DNA of 64,000 nucleotides from Alphaproteobacteria bacterium (lineage in GTDB: Bacteria; Pseudomonadota; Alphaproteobacteria; SHVV01), in NCBI GenBank assembly GCA_965261735.1, contig OZ253470.1, forward strand, positions 3,104,001 to 3,168,000, given 5' to 3'. Position numbers and translations under genes: made by a program. Below the pieces are notes generated by a model. The model was not told the origin of the DNA. It saw only the letters and a list, made by a program, of their open reading frames with translations, and ran no database searches. Numbering within the stretch: the first letter of the stretch is position 1; each line of letters begins with the position of its first letter. Below are positions 62,074-64,000 of this stretch, one piece after another.

Positions 62074-62688
62074 CGCGTATCCCTCCTCAGTCGGCGGAAT
62101 ACACCTTAAAAACCTGTCCGATTTTCCGGGGCCACCTCAGCCGTGGTGTTCACCACAAGGTTCCCGTCTCCTGTGCCATCGAGGTGCGTCATCGAAAGCC
62201 GGGCACCAAGCTCGACAACCGGAAAGACGGACGCTATGCCGGACGCGTTCGGCTCGCCGTCGTGCTCGACCGTAGCGCCGAGTCGCTCTGTGGGTTCGTC
62301 GAGAGCACCGTCGCGCCGCGATCGCTGATCGTTACTGACGATTGGAGCGGCTATGCTGGCCTCGGGAAGCGCGGCTATGAGCACTTCGCTGTTGCCGAGT
62401 GTGGTGATCCAGAGGTTGCCGAGCAATACCTGCCGATCATCCATCTGGTTTTCGCCAACCTGAAGACGTGGCTGATCGGTATCCACCACGGCGTTAGCCA
62501 CCAGCACCTACAAGCCTACCTCAACGAGTTCACCTTCCGCTTCAACAGGCGGTTCTACCCGTTCAACGCCTTCCGCTCATTGCTCGGCATCGCGGGCGAC
62601 ACCTCTGCTCCAACCTATGCCGAGCTTTACTCGGGAGAGTGGCGGCACCCTACATGTAGCGGTCATGGGTGTTAACCGGATAGGCAAG

Positions 62689-62724
62689 GAATGATCTTAA
62701 TAGCCATGCAGCCCACTCCTCCTC
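62689..62724 (-). pseudogene. Stranded RBS and first codons (MAIKII) of the USP gene
   Basis: GAGGAGGAG-8 nt-ATG GCT ATT AAG ATC ATT C joins in frame to 46334 onward through the TSD. Confidence 0.85.
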
Positions 62725-62812
62725 GTGACCAGCCGCGGAGATGCGAATTGGAGATCAGACTATTCGATCCTTTTTCGGAACGCCATGACGCCCGAGGCGC
62801 CTCCTCAATGCC

Positions 62813-63287
62813 CTACCGGGGCGCGGCGAGGGCCGCCCGCGCGGCTCGAACCACCTCGCCGGGCGTTGCCGCCGCGTCCACGCGGGACCAAGCGATCGTG
62901 CCGAGTTGATAGCCGAGCTGCGCGCGCAACACCGCGGCGGAGGCGTCCGAAGCGTCGCCCCGGCGGCCGACGATGCGGCCGGTGAGGACCGCCGCCGGCG
63001 CTTCGAGCCATAGCCCGGTGAACGCACATCCCGCTTCGGCCGCGATTCGCTCCAGTGCGCGCCGCTCCGACTCGCGTGCGTGAACCGCGTCAACGACAAC
63101 GCTGTGCCCGGCGGCGAGCAGTACGGCCGCACGCTCGCGCACGGCCTCGTAAACTCTGTTGTCGACGTCGGACACGTACGCGTCCGGCCCGAGCTGCACC
63201 TCGGGCGCCACGTTCATCAGCTCCTTGCGCACCAGGTCGCTGCGCAGGACGATGGCCCCGGGCGCGGGACCAAACCCTGCCGCGAGG
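62813..63287 (-). pseudogene. 3' fragment of an AAA_33/P-loop kinase (APH-AAA fusion type)
   Basis: GPAPGAIVLRSDLVRK, VVVDA, RRGDASDA; Walker A and upstream part missing. Confidence 0.75.
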
Positions 63288-63657
63288 GGGAGACGGCGCG
63301 CGCGAGGCTCGGCCCACATCTCTAAAGGGTGCCAATCTTCGCGCCGCCGGTATCGCCGGCGCAGATTTCCAGGGCGCCGACCTGAGCGGTGCGACGCTCG
63401 CCTCGGCCGACGTGGGCTCCGCCGAGTTCCTTGCCCCCAGTGGCCAGGGAACGGGCCAGTAGCGGGCCACGAGTTTCGCCGGCGCCAATCTGCGCGGCGC
63501 CGACCTCTCCGACGTCGATCTTGATCTTGCGACGACAACCGGCGCCGACACTACCGGCGCCGTCATGCCAAAGGTGGAGTCCAAGGCCTCCGAACCGAAA
63601 CCGTCCGCCGAGCCCCGGCGGGGCGGTCGCCGCCCGGGGGGGCCGCCTATCGGGTGA
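63288..63657 (+). pseudogene. 3' fragment of a pentapeptide-repeat gene with an in-frame TAG at 63460
   Basis: ANLRA/ADFQG/ADLSG before the TAG and ANLRG/ADLSD after it. Confidence 0.7.
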
Positions 63658-64000
63658 GGAAGTCGATCACCGTCTTGTTGAACTTCTCCGGATGCTCCGT
63701 GTTCGGCATGTGGCCGCATTTGTCGAAGATAACGAGCTCGCCGTTCTGCAGGCGCTTGACCCCGGCATGGAAGTCCTCGATCGGCGAGCGGGCGTCGTTG
63801 GCCCCGGCGATTATGAGCGTCGGCACTGTGATCTGCTCGATCCGGTCGCTGCAGCGGTAGGGGAGCGTGAGCTCGGCATCCATGTTCGCCTTGGCGATCT
63901 CCTCGTAAGCCGGAAGGATGTAGGGCTGGGCGTAGCTGGTGAGCTGAGCCAGCATCATCTCCTCGGGCACGCCGCTGGCGTCGTAGCAGACGTTGGCGAG
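63647..64000 (-). CDS. Alpha/beta hydrolase, C-terminal part (starts outside the window)
   Basis: VPTLIIAGAND, CGHMPNTEHPEKFN. Confidence 0.8.
   Translation of the reverse strand, partial: LANVCYDASGVPEEMMLAQLTSYAQPYILPAYEEIAKANMDAELTLPYRCSDRIEQITVPTLIIAGANDARSPIEDFHAGVKRLQNGELVIFDKCGHMPNTEHPEKFNKTVIDFLTR

Larger units (their letters stand above)
60798..62139 (-). mobile_element. IS3 family element (1342 bp)
   Basis: TG...CA ends, IRs TGAGGTGGCC.CGG....TCGGACAG, GCC duplication at 60795-60797 and 62140-62142. Confidence 0.95.
60239..62688 (+). mobile_element. IS1595 element, copy 3, interrupted by an IS3 element
   Basis: 2450 bp = 1105 + 1342 + 3-bp TSD; transposase split into 60311-60797 and 62140-62675. 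Confidence 0.95.

Noticed and set aside
45221-62688. Composite transposon carrying the 13.9-kb block
   Set aside because: Outer flanks are not a direct repeat, the crosswise TSDs indicate in-place inversion, and the cargo is core genes.

Overview
High-GC (roughly 68-70%) alphaproteobacterial, Rhodospirillales-like chromosome segment. It mixes core genes (glyQ-glyS-ppdK, ispB, pyrC, cysQ, pcm, ygfZ, tag, tRNA-Pro(CGG), a glycosyltransferase/asnB cluster) with scavenging metabolism (two Rieske oxygenase alpha subunits, AcuI, a DmdB-like ligase, a BisC-type molybdoenzyme, NhaD). The window is being reshaped by insertion sequences: three copies of a 1105-bp IS1595 (ISSod11-group) element, one IS110/IS1111-group element and one IS3 element nested in the third IS1595 copy. 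Swapped 8-bp target duplications show that the 13.9-kb block 46326-60238 is inverted between IS1595 copies 2 and 3, splitting a DHFR-like gene and a USP gene. The IS1111 3' non-coding end can be read as a bridge/seek RNA whose loops match both the element's circle junction and its reconstructed insertion site. Other signals: an 18-bp ends-only IS scar, an intact glyS with sharp low-GC patches beside a palindromic REP-like cluster, several deletion-fusion junctions (including loss of most of dnaE2), an unannotated CTG-start small protein, and several frameshift/nonsense lesions, some of which may be sequencing errors. All calls are from reading the sequence by eye; no database searches were run.
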